NCBI RefSeq assembly: GCF_012571345.1
Contig: NZ_CP046218.1
Coordinates: 156,158 to 168,780, forward strand
Reading direction: 5' to 3'
DNA length: 12,623 bases
From: Candidatus Saccharimonadota bacterium
GTDB taxonomy: Bacteria > Pseudomonadota > Gammaproteobacteria > Enterobacterales > Enterobacteriaceae
How positions within the stretch are numbered: position 1 is the first letter of the stretch; each line of letters begins with the position of its first letter. The notes under the pieces are model-generated. The model did not search any database, was not told the DNA's origin, and saw only the letters and a program-made list of their open reading frames with translations. Below are positions 1 through 7,758 of the stretch, piece after piece. The position numbers and the translations under genes are program-made.

Positions 1-1020
1 AGTGATTATACTGTATATAACGCTTTAAAACATGGCGTTGCTATAAATCAAGGTCAAATACAGGCTAAAAATTTAGCTAATTTACCACCTAATATATGTC
101 ATCCTAAATATTTAGCAGAACAAGCTTTTAAATTATCACAAATCTTTCCAGATAAATTTACTATCGAAATAGTAGATGAGAATATGATGGAAAAATTAAG
201 TATGAATGCTTACTTATCTGTAAGTAATGGTAGTCAACATAAAGCATATATGTCTGTTATGAAGTATAAACATCATCACTCTATGCAACCTATTGTGCTC
301 GTAGGTAAAGGATTAACATTTGATTCTGGAGGTATATCTTTAAAACCAAGTTTCGGCATGCATGAAATGAAGTATGATATGTGCGGAGCAGCTGCTGTAT
401 ATGGCGTCATGTATGCAATAGCGAAATTAGAATTACCATTAAATGTGATTGGCATTATGGCCGGATGTGAAAATATGCCAGGTAGTTTGGCATTACGTCC
501 AGGTGATGTTATTAAAACTATGTCTGGGATCACTGTAGAAGTAAAAAATACTGATGCAGAAGGCAGGCTAGTTTTATGTGATGTTTTAACTTATATATTA
601 AAATATAAACCTAATATAGTTATTGATATAGCAACTTTAACAGGAGCTTGTGTAATAGCATTAGGTAATAATATTAGTGGTTTAATGTCTAATAATAGTC
701 AATTATCTCGTGATATATATCAATCTTCTATAGAAGTTATGAATGATAGAGTATGGTCTTTACCTATTGATGATTTTTATTATGATAAACAGTTGCATTC
801 TAGTATAGCTGATATTTCTAATATTAGCATAAATAATGCAGGTTCAGTTATTACAGCAGCATGTTTTTTAGCTAAATTTACATCTCAATATAAATGGGCT
901 CATATAGATATTGCAGGTACTGCATGGACCTATGATAAATACAAACAAGCTATAGCTACAGGTAGGCCAGTTAATATGTTATGTCAATTTTTAATCAATA
1001 ATATTAATTTTAAAAAATAA
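1..1020 (+). CDS. pepA: Leucyl/cytosol aminopeptidase PepA (M17 family). The 5' end lies outside the window and about the C-terminal 339 aa are present.
   Basis: Frame 1 is open from nt 1 (SDYTVYNALKHGVAINQGQIQAKNLANLPPNICHPKYLAEQA...), so the ATG at 184 in the ORF track is internal. It carries the M17 catalytic-domain motifs VGKGLTFDSGGISLKP and NTDAEGRLVLCD and is collinear with E. coli PepA to the C-terminus. The stop is TAA at 1018-1020. Confidence 0.95.
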   Translation, partial: SDYTVYNALKHGVAINQGQIQAKNLANLPPNICHPKYLAEQAFKLSQIFPDKFTIEIVDENMMEKLSMNAYLSVSNGSQHKAYMSVMKYKHHHSMQPIVLVGKGLTFDSGGISLKPSFGMHEMKYDMCGAAAVYGVMYAIAKLELPLNVIGIMAGCENMPGSLALRPGDVIKTMSGITVEVKNTDAEGRLVLCDVLTYILKYKPNIVIDIATLTGACVIALGNNISGLMSNNSQLSRDIYQSSIEVMNDRVWSLPIDDFYYDKQLHSSIADISNISINNAGSVITAACFLAKFTSQYKWAHIDIAGTAWTYDKYKQAIATGRPVNMLCQFLINNINFKK

Positions 1021-1058
1021 TACATACTACTATTTTAATAAATAATAGGATATTTATC

Positions 1059-3896
1059 ATGGATAAAATCTATAATCCTAATAGTTTTGAAAAAAAAATT
1101 TATGTTTTTTGGGAAAAAAATAAATTTTTCCAACAGAAAATTAATTTATCTAAAAAGCATTTTTCTATTATGGTGCCACCACCAAATATTACTGGTTTTT
1201 TACATATGGGACATGCATTACAATATAGTATTATCGATATAATAATTCGTTATCAAAGAATGTTACAAAAAAATATTTTATGTCAAGTTGGAATTGATCA
1301 TGCTGGAATAGCGACACAAAATTTAATAGAACAAGAAATTTTATTAAATACTGGCAAAACGAAACAACATTATAATAAAAAGTATTTTTTAGAAAAAGCA
1401 AAGTTATGGAAAAACAAATATAGTGATATTATTATTAAACAAATGAAACGCTTAGGATTATCAGCAAATTGGGATAACATTCGTTTTACTATGGATGAAC
1501 ATTTTTCTCAATCTGTTACAAATATTTTTATAACTTTATATAAAGCAGGATTAATATATCAGAAAGAAAGATTAATACATTGGGATACCACGTTACAAAC
1601 TGTAATATCTGATTTAGAAGTAGAACATCGTTCTATGAAAACAAATATTTGGCATCTTAAATATTTATTACATAATAAATTAACAACTATTAATGATAAA
1701 AATTACTTGGTTATCGCTACAACTAGACCAGAAACATTATTAGCTGATACTGCTATTGCAGTAAATCCACAAGATGAAAGGTATAAACATCTTGTTGGTA
1801 AATATGTATTAGTACCTATTATTAATAGGAAAATTCCTATTATTAGTGATAATCATGCAAAAATATCTAAAGGTACTGGTTGTGTAAAAATTAGTCCAGC
1901 ACATGATTTTGATGATTATAAGATAGCCGTTAAACATAATTTACCTGTAATAAAATTATTTGATAAACAAGGGCACATATTAGATCGATATCAAATATTT
2001 ACTATACTAGGGCATCCAATAAATAGTAATGATGAACCAATACCATCTATATTACGTAATATACATTATTTAAAAGCTAGAAATATCATTATAAAATTAT
2101 TAAAACAAAAAAAATTATTAAAAGGTCATTATACAGAATATCGATTAATACCATATAATATGCGTAATAATACTGTGATTTTACCTATGTTGACAAAACA
2201 ATGGTATTTAAATGTAAAAAATTTGGCGAAACAAGCAATTCATGCTATAAAAACTAAACAAATTGAATTTATTCCTACAAAATATGAAAATATGTTTTTT
2301 TCATGGATGTATAATATACAGGATTGGTGTATCTCTAGACAATTATGGTGGGGACACAGATTACCAGTATGGTATGATTGTGATCATAATATTTATGTGG
2401 GTCAAAATATTACAGACATTAAAAAACAATATTTCTTACAAGATGATATTATCTTAAAACAAGATACTGATGTCTTGGATACTTGGTTTTCTTCTAGTTT
2501 ATGGACATTTATAACATTAGGATGGCCTGATAACAAACAATATATGAAATTATTTCATCCTACCAATATTATAGTTAGTGGTTTTGATATTATATTTTTT
2601 TGGATTGCTAGAATGATAATGATGACTATGTATTTTGTAAAAGATCATGATATTGCACAAGTACCTTTCAAAAAGGTTTTAATGACAGGACTAGTGCGAG
2701 ATTCACAAGGAAATAAAATGTCTAAATCTAAAGGTAATATTATTGATCCAATTAATTTAATGGAAAGTAATAATATTTTTTATGGAAACAAGATAAAACA
2801 AAATTGTATAAATAATATACAAGGAAAATGTATAAATATACAAAATAATAAGAAATTACATAGTTATGGCGCAGATGCAATTCGATTTACTTTAGCTGCT
2901 CTATCAGTTACAGGACGTGATATATATTGGGATATTACACGTTTAGATGGATATCGTAATTTTTGTAATAAAATTTGGAATGCTAGTATTTTTATTTTTA
3001 AACATATTAATTATGAATTAATATATTATAAATCTGCATTATCTATTGCTGATCAATGGATTATTTCAGAATATAATACATTAGTACTAGTTTATACCAA
3101 AGCATTAAAAAAATATCGTTTTGATACAGCGGCTAATCTTTTATATAATTTTATTTGGAATAAATTTTGTGATTGGTATTTAGAATATGTAAAATATTTT
3201 TTACAAACCATAAAAAATAATATTCAACATAGTACACATTATACAATGTATTATGTTTTTGAATCTTTATTACGTTTATCGCATCCTATGTTACCATTCA
3301 TTACTGAAGTTATATGGCAAAAAATACAGTATCAAAAAGATGATATTGATCAATATAGTACTAGTATTTTAGTACAATCATTTCCAAAGTATAATACTTT
3401 AGATATACATAATAAAGCTGTTTATATTTTTCGTTTTTTTATTAAATTAATAAGCGTAATACGTCAGAATAAAATAGATATGAATATAAAACAACCAGTC
3501 GATTTATATATCTTTAATATACATAAAAAAATACAAGATTTTATAAAAGTAAATTTAAATATTATAAAAAAAATTTTAAATTTACAGAATATTATTCTTT
3601 TAGCAAGCGATGCTTCTTTGCCAAATAAATCATTTACATTTTGTATTGAAGAAATAATATTTGCTATTCCTTTAAATTCTTTTTTAATAGATAAGAAATT
3701 TTTAATACAACAATTAAAAAAAAAAATATCTAATAATCAAAAAATAATAGATAAAATCAGTAATAATATTAAAAATCATGATTTTATTAATAAGGCTCCC
3801 AAAAAAATTATAGAAGAATATAATATAAAATTATCTTTTTGTAGACAAAAAAAAAAGGAGCTTAATGATAAATATAATTTTATAAAACACATATAA
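1059..3896 (+). CDS. valS: Valine--tRNA ligase (class I aaRS)
   Basis: The 945 aa product compares with about 951 aa in E. coli. It has the HIGH-type motif PPPNITGFLHMGHA, the KMSKS motif (GNKMSKSKGN), the editing-domain motifs TTRPETLLADTAIAVNP and GTGCVKISPAHDFDDY, and a C-terminal coiled-coil tail with FINKAP. An AGGA lies upstream of the ATG. Confidence 0.97.
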   Translation: MDKIYNPNSFEKKIYVFWEKNKFFQQKINLSKKHFSIMVPPPNITGFLHMGHALQYSIIDIIIRYQRMLQKNILCQVGIDHAGIATQNLIEQEILLNTGKTKQHYNKKYFLEKAKLWKNKYSDIIIKQMKRLGLSANWDNIRFTMDEHFSQSVTNIFITLYKAGLIYQKERLIHWDTTLQTVISDLEVEHRSMKTNIWHLKYLLHNKLTTINDKNYLVIATTRPETLLADTAIAVNPQDERYKHLVGKYVLVPIINRKIPIISDNHAKISKGTGCVKISPAHDFDDYKIAVKHNLPVIKLFDKQGHILDRYQIFTILGHPINSNDEPIPSILRNIHYLKARNIIIKLLKQKKLLKGHYTEYRLIPYNMRNNTVILPMLTKQWYLNVKNLAKQAIHAIKTKQIEFIPTKYENMFFSWMYNIQDWCISRQLWWGHRLPVWYDCDHNIYVGQNITDIKKQYFLQDDIILKQDTDVLDTWFSSSLWTFITLGWPDNKQYMKLFHPTNIIVSGFDIIFFWIARMIMMTMYFVKDHDIAQVPFKKVLMTGLVRDSQGNKMSKSKGNIIDPINLMESNNIFYGNKIKQNCINNIQGKCINIQNNKKLHSYGADAIRFTLAALSVTGRDIYWDITRLDGYRNFCNKIWNASIFIFKHINYELIYYKSALSIADQWIISEYNTLVLVYTKALKKYRFDTAANLLYNFIWNKFCDWYLEYVKYFLQTIKNNIQHSTHYTMYYVFESLLRLSHPMLPFITEVIWQKIQYQKDDIDQYSTSILVQSFPKYNTLDIHNKAVYIFRFFIKLISVIRQNKIDMNIKQPVDLYIFNIHKKIQDFIKVNLNIIKKILNLQNIILLASDASLPNKSFTFCIEEIIFAIPLNSFLIDKKFLIQQLKKKISNNQKIIDKISNNIKNHDFINKAPKKIIEEYNIKLSFCRQKKKELNDKYNFIKHI

Positions 3897-3939
3897 TTGC
3901 TATATATTTTATATATAATTTTTTATTTTAGGTAAAAAT

Positions 3940-4950
3940 ATGCACATTTTATATCAAAAAAATATTTTACATATATCTAATTTAACTAAAAAAACAATTT
4001 TTAATATTATTGAACTTGCCACAAAAATGAAAATAGAAAAAAAACTATATAAAGAAAAAAAAAGATTATGCAATAAAAATATTCTATTAATTTTTGAACA
4101 AAATTCTACGCGGACAAGATGTTCTTTTGAAATAGCTTGTTTTGATCAAGGAGCAAATGTTACTTTTTTAAATGTACAAAATACACATATGGGATATAAA
4201 GAAACAATACAAGATACAGCAGTAATTTTGAGTCATATGTATGATGGCATACAATATAGAGGAACACAAAAAAACATAGAAATATTATCACAATATTCTA
4301 TTGTGCCCATTTGGAATGGTTTAACAGAAATATCTCATCCCACACAAATATTAGCAGATTTATTAACTATACGTGAATGTTTACCAAATAAAAATTTAGA
4401 AGATATTGTACTCACATATATAGGAGATATATACAATAATATATCTATGAGTTTAATAGAAGCGGCACAAATTATAGGTTTTAAATTAAATTTAATAACT
4501 TCTCAATTTTTTTTAAAACAACAAAAATATTTTTTTTTAAAGAAAAAAATTAATTTTTACAGTAATATTATTATTACCTATGATATTAACCATATCAAAA
4601 ATACTGATATAATTTATACAGATGTTTGGTTATCTATGGGAGAATCAACTGAATTGTGGGAACAAAAAATAACTAATTTATATAAATACCAAATTAATAA
4701 AAAATTATTATTAAAAAGTGAAAATGATAATATCAAAATCATGCATTGTTTGCCAGCATATCACGTTTATGACCATTATAAAAATATTATTGATAACAAA
4801 ATAATATCTCGTTTAAAATTATTTGATGGTTTAGAAATTACAGACGAAATTTTTACATCTTATAATAGTATTATATTACAACAAGCTATAAACAAAATAC
4901 ATATTGTAAAAGCTATTATGATATTAACACTTAATAAAAATAATAATTAA
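3940..4950 (+). CDS. argI: Ornithine carbamoyltransferase
   Basis: The 336 aa product has the carbamoyl-phosphate motif STRTR and SHPTQ, the ornithine-binding DVWLSMGE, and HCLPA. It is collinear with E. coli ArgI/ArgF. Confidence 0.93.
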   Translation: MHILYQKNILHISNLTKKTIFNIIELATKMKIEKKLYKEKKRLCNKNILLIFEQNSTRTRCSFEIACFDQGANVTFLNVQNTHMGYKETIQDTAVILSHMYDGIQYRGTQKNIEILSQYSIVPIWNGLTEISHPTQILADLLTIRECLPNKNLEDIVLTYIGDIYNNISMSLIEAAQIIGFKLNLITSQFFLKQQKYFFLKKKINFYSNIIITYDINHIKNTDIIYTDVWLSMGESTELWEQKITNLYKYQINKKLLLKSENDNIKIMHCLPAYHVYDHYKNIIDNKIISRLKLFDGLEITDEIFTSYNSIILQQAINKIHIVKAIMILTLNKNNN

Positions 4951-4993
4951 AAAAATAATTTACTTTTTACATAAAAATTACAGGATAGATAAT

Positions 4994-5380
4994 ATGTGCA
5001 AAATAATTAATACTATACAAGCTCCTTTACCTATTGGTCCTTATGCTCAAGGCATTGTATCTAATAATATGATTATAACTTCAGGACAAATACCAATTAA
5101 TCCGCAAACTGGCATGATTTCTAGTGACATAAAAGAACAAACTGTACAAGTTTTAAAGAATATTAAAGCTATAATAACAGCTGCAAAATTTACTATAAAA
5201 GATATAGTTAAAACTACTATTTTTGTAAAAAACTTAGATCATCTAAAAATAATTAATATTATCTATGCTAATTTTTTTTTACAGTATGTAACTACATATC
5301 CAGCAAGAACATGCTTAGAAATTTCTAATTTGCCTAATAATGTAGAAATTGAAATAGAAGCTATAGCTATAAAACAATAA
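4994..5380 (+). CDS. ridA: RidA/YjgF-family reactive enamine/imine deaminase
   Basis: The 128 aa product closely parallels E. coli RidA (APLPIGPYAQG, ITSGQIP, IVKTTIFVKNL, PARTCLEI with the conserved Arg, IEIEAIA). An AGGA lies 9 nt upstream of the ATG. Confidence 0.93.
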   Translation: MCKIINTIQAPLPIGPYAQGIVSNNMIITSGQIPINPQTGMISSDIKEQTVQVLKNIKAIITAAKFTIKDIVKTTIFVKNLDHLKIINIIYANFFLQYVTTYPARTCLEISNLPNNVEIEIEAIAIKQ

Positions 5381-5435
5381 TACATATCAATTTACTATTT
5401 TCAACAAATTATTTCTACAGGTAGGTATTATTAAA

Positions 5436-6485
5436 ATGATATTATTTATTAAATTATGCTTAATATGTTTTATATTAATCATACATCGTCAATATTTTAA
5501 ACCTATTAATATAAAAAATAACACAGTTATTTTTTATAATTGGACAGAATATGTACCAACTAGTATATTAGAACAATTTACACAAGAAACAGGTATTAAA
5601 GTCATATATTCAACATATGAATCTAATGAAAGTATGTATGCTAAATTAAAAACATATAATCAAAAATATGATTTAGTAGTTCCTTCTACTTATTTTGTTA
5701 CTAAAATGCGTCAAGAAGGTATGTTGCATAAAATAGATAAAACAAAACTAACTAATTTTAAAAATTTAGACCCAAAATTTTTAAATAAATCTTTTGATGT
5801 GAATAATATGTATTCTATCCCATACATATGGGGTGCTACTGCTATTGGTATTAATACTAAATATGTTCATGATAAAGAAATAAATAGTTGGAAAGATTTA
5901 TGGGATCCTAAATACGATCATGCCATCTCTTTACTTGATGATGCTAAAGAAGTTTTTCAAGTGGCTTTATTAAAATTAGGATTAACACATAAAATTATTA
6001 CTTTAAAAGATATACAATATGCTTATTTAGAACTAAAAAATTTAATGCCTAATGTTGTATTATTTAATTCTGATAATCCAGGTTATCCTTTTGCAGAAGG
6101 TGCTATAAAAATTGGCATGATATGGAATGGTTCAGCTTATGCTATGAAAAAATTAGGTGTGCCTATAAAATTTATTTGGCCTAAAGAAGGTAGTATTTTT
6201 TGGTTAGATAGTTTTGTAATACCATATCATGCTCAAAATATTAATGGTGCTTTAAAATTAATTAATTTTTTATTACGTCCAGATATTGCTGCAAAAATTG
6301 TACAAATTACAGGATATTCAACTCCTAATTTAAATGCAAAAAAATTTTTACCATTTAACATGATTCATGATGATATATTATATCCTAATGCAAATATTAT
6401 TAAAAATGGTGTATGGCAAAGTAATGCTAATCAAAATATTATACAAGCATATGAAACAAATTTTCAAAAATTAAAAAATATTTAA
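5436..6485 (+). CDS. potD: Spermidine/putrescine ABC transporter periplasmic substrate-binding protein
   Basis: The 349 aa product has a hydrophobic N-terminal signal-like segment (MILFIKLCLICFILII). Identity to E. coli PotD is high (FYNWTEYVP, GIKVIYSTYESNE-MYAKLKTY, DLVVPSTY, IPYIWGATAIG, MIWNGSA, WPKEG-IFW-DS, GALKLINFLLRPD). The positions I recall as polyamine-contacting (W34, Y37, S83, Y85, D168, E171, W229, W255, D257, Y293, Q327 in E. coli numbering) all appear conserved. Confidence 0.93.
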   Translation: MILFIKLCLICFILIIHRQYFKPINIKNNTVIFYNWTEYVPTSILEQFTQETGIKVIYSTYESNESMYAKLKTYNQKYDLVVPSTYFVTKMRQEGMLHKIDKTKLTNFKNLDPKFLNKSFDVNNMYSIPYIWGATAIGINTKYVHDKEINSWKDLWDPKYDHAISLLDDAKEVFQVALLKLGLTHKIITLKDIQYAYLELKNLMPNVVLFNSDNPGYPFAEGAIKIGMIWNGSAYAMKKLGVPIKFIWPKEGSIFWLDSFVIPYHAQNINGALKLINFLLRPDIAAKIVQITGYSTPNLNAKKFLPFNMIHDDILYPNANIIKNGVWQSNANQNIIQAYETNFQKLKNI

Positions 6486-7454
6486 TTATATTATTACATA
6501 TTTTTTATTTTTTAATAAAGTTGTTTTGCAATATATGCTACAACAATTTTTATAATATTTTTTACATTTAGGACATTGTAAAAATAATAGATGGCAAGTA
6601 TCATTTTTACAATTAGTAAATATGTTATATGGCGTCTTACACTGATAACAATAAGAAATAATATCTTGTGTTATTTGTTCTCCCATCCGATTATCAAAAA
6701 CAAAATTAGTACCTATAAACTTCATCTGAAGGTGTAATTTATGTACTTCTTTTACATACTTAATAATTCCTCCTTCAACCTGATAAACATTTTTAATGTT
6801 GTTAAATAATAACCATGAAGTAGCTTTTTCACAACGTATACCTCCTGTACAATACAAAATAATTTTTTTATTGTATTTATATGGTTGTATATTATCTAAA
6901 AGATGTAACATTTGGTGATGAAAAGTTTTTGCTTCTTTAAATATTATTGCATTGGTAAAATGCCCAATTTGATATTCATAATAATTTCTCATATCAATAA
7001 GAACAACATTATGATCTTCTATCATAGTATTTACTTGTTTAGCATTTAAATATACACCTGTAGTATTAAATTTTAAAAAATTAAAACATGTTAAACCATC
7101 ATTTAATATGTTTTTTTTATATATAATTTTAAGCATAAAAAATGCATGTTTAGTATTATCAATAGCAATATTCCAATATATATCTATAAAAATTTCATGT
7201 ATTTTTTTAATAAAAAACTTTATTATTGTATAATAATAATGTGGTATGCTAATTTGTGCATTAATACCTTCTTCTGCAATATAAATACGTCCTAATACTT
7301 TAAAAGAATACAATAAAATATATAATTGTCTTCTTATTTGTAATACATTTTTCAATTTATAATATTTATAAAAGGATATTATAATTCTGTTATGCGAATT
7401 TTTTAAAAAATTTTTTTTTAGTTGTATACGGGAAATTCTGTTATGGAATAACAT
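6486..7454 (-). CDS. trhO: Rhodanese-domain tRNA uridine(34) hydroxylase TrhO (YceA/UPF0176 family)
   Basis: The 322 aa product is collinear with E. coli YceA (MLFHNRIS.., ISFYKY, EGINAQISIP). It has the rhodanese active-site loop YCTGGIRCEKA and a Cys-rich C-terminus (CYQC..NCKNDTCHLLFLQCPKC..CCS). An AGGT lies 8 nt upstream of the ATG. Confidence 0.9.
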   Translation of the reverse strand: MLFHNRISRIQLKKNFLKNSHNRIIISFYKYYKLKNVLQIRRQLYILLYSFKVLGRIYIAEEGINAQISIPHYYYTIIKFFIKKIHEIFIDIYWNIAIDNTKHAFFMLKIIYKKNILNDGLTCFNFLKFNTTGVYLNAKQVNTMIEDHNVVLIDMRNYYEYQIGHFTNAIIFKEAKTFHHQMLHLLDNIQPYKYNKKIILYCTGGIRCEKATSWLLFNNIKNVYQVEGGIIKYVKEVHKLHLQMKFIGTNFVFDNRMGEQITQDIISYCYQCKTPYNIFTNCKNDTCHLLFLQCPKCKKYYKNCCSIYCKTTLLKNKKYVII

Positions 7455-7564
7455 TAAAAGAACCTATTTTGTAAAAAAATAAATCATTACACATGTGATT
7501 TTTATCATTTTAATTAAATATAATTATGTCTATTATAAAATAATAAAAATAAAGATCAAGTATA

Positions 7565-7593
7565 TTGACATTATATTTTTCATAATATAAAAT
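7565..7593 (+). promoter_or_regulatory. Candidate sigma70 promoter for tRNA-Asn: TTGACA, 17 nt spacer, TAAAAT
   Basis: A perfect -35 hexamer TTGACA sits at 7565-7570. A 17 nt spacer separates it from TAAAAT at 7588-7593 (5 of 6 matches to TATAAT). The -10 element ends 12 nt before tRNA position 1. -10-like hexamers are common in AT-rich DNA, so most of the weight rests on the -35 hexamer and the spacing. Confidence 0.45.
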
Positions 7594-7605
7594 AACAGGT
7601 TATTA

Positions 7606-7678
7606 TCCTCTGTAGTTCAGTTGGTAGAACGGCGGACTGTTAATCCGTATGTCACTGGTTCGAGTCCAGTCAGGGGAG
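7606..7678 (+). tRNA. asnT: tRNA-Asn (anticodon GUU), 73 nt, 3' CCA not encoded
   Basis: The sequence TCCTCTGTAGTTCAGTTGGTAGAACGGCGGACTGTTAATCCGTATGTCACTGGTTCGAGTCCAGTCAGGGGAG is nearly identical to E. coli tRNA-Asn. The anticodon loop is C-T-GTT-A-A. The 7-bp acceptor stem is TCCTCTG/CAGGGGA with one G-U pair, the T-arm is GGTTCGAGTCC, and the discriminator G is at 7678. TTT follows rather than CCA. The gene is a local GC-rich island in AT-rich flanks. Confidence 0.95.
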
Positions 7679-7758
7679 TTTATGGTATATTATATAAATA
7701 TTTAATGCTTTATTCATCATATTAACATTAGTAATGTAATATATTTTATAGGATTAAT

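Noticed and set aside
184-186. ATG given as the pepA start in the ORF track
   Set aside because: The frame is open back to nt 1, and the upstream residues (NLPPNIC.., YLAEQA..) align with internal PepA sequence. The gene is truncated by the window edge rather than starting here.
276-533. 85 aa ORF on the - strand
   Set aside because: It lies entirely antisense within the highly conserved catalytic core of pepA. It shows no recognisable similarity and no ribosome-binding site. It is best explained as a chance open frame opposite a conserved gene.
1021-1058. Possible holC remnant in the pepA-valS spacer
   Set aside because: At 38 bp it is far too short to hold recognisable remnants of a gene of about 150 codons. 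Only its absence can be stated.
2263-2457. 64 aa ORF on the + strand in an alternative frame
   Set aside because: It is nested out of frame inside valS, across the conserved WCISRQLWWGHR region. Its composition is typical of an off-frame read and nothing supports independent translation.
7526-7543. Mini-ORF ATG TCT ATT ATA AAA TAA (MSIIK) in the trhO / tRNA spacer
   Set aside because: It has five codons, no ribosome-binding site, and a sequence expected by chance in AT-rich DNA. It has no feature of a leader peptide such as Asn codon runs.
7725-7737. 13-nt palindrome ACATTAGTAATGT between tRNA-Asn and prmB, considered as a tRNA terminator
   Set aside because: As a hairpin it would have a 1-nt loop. 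The stem is nearly all A/T and no U-tract follows. It is consistent with chance in this composition.
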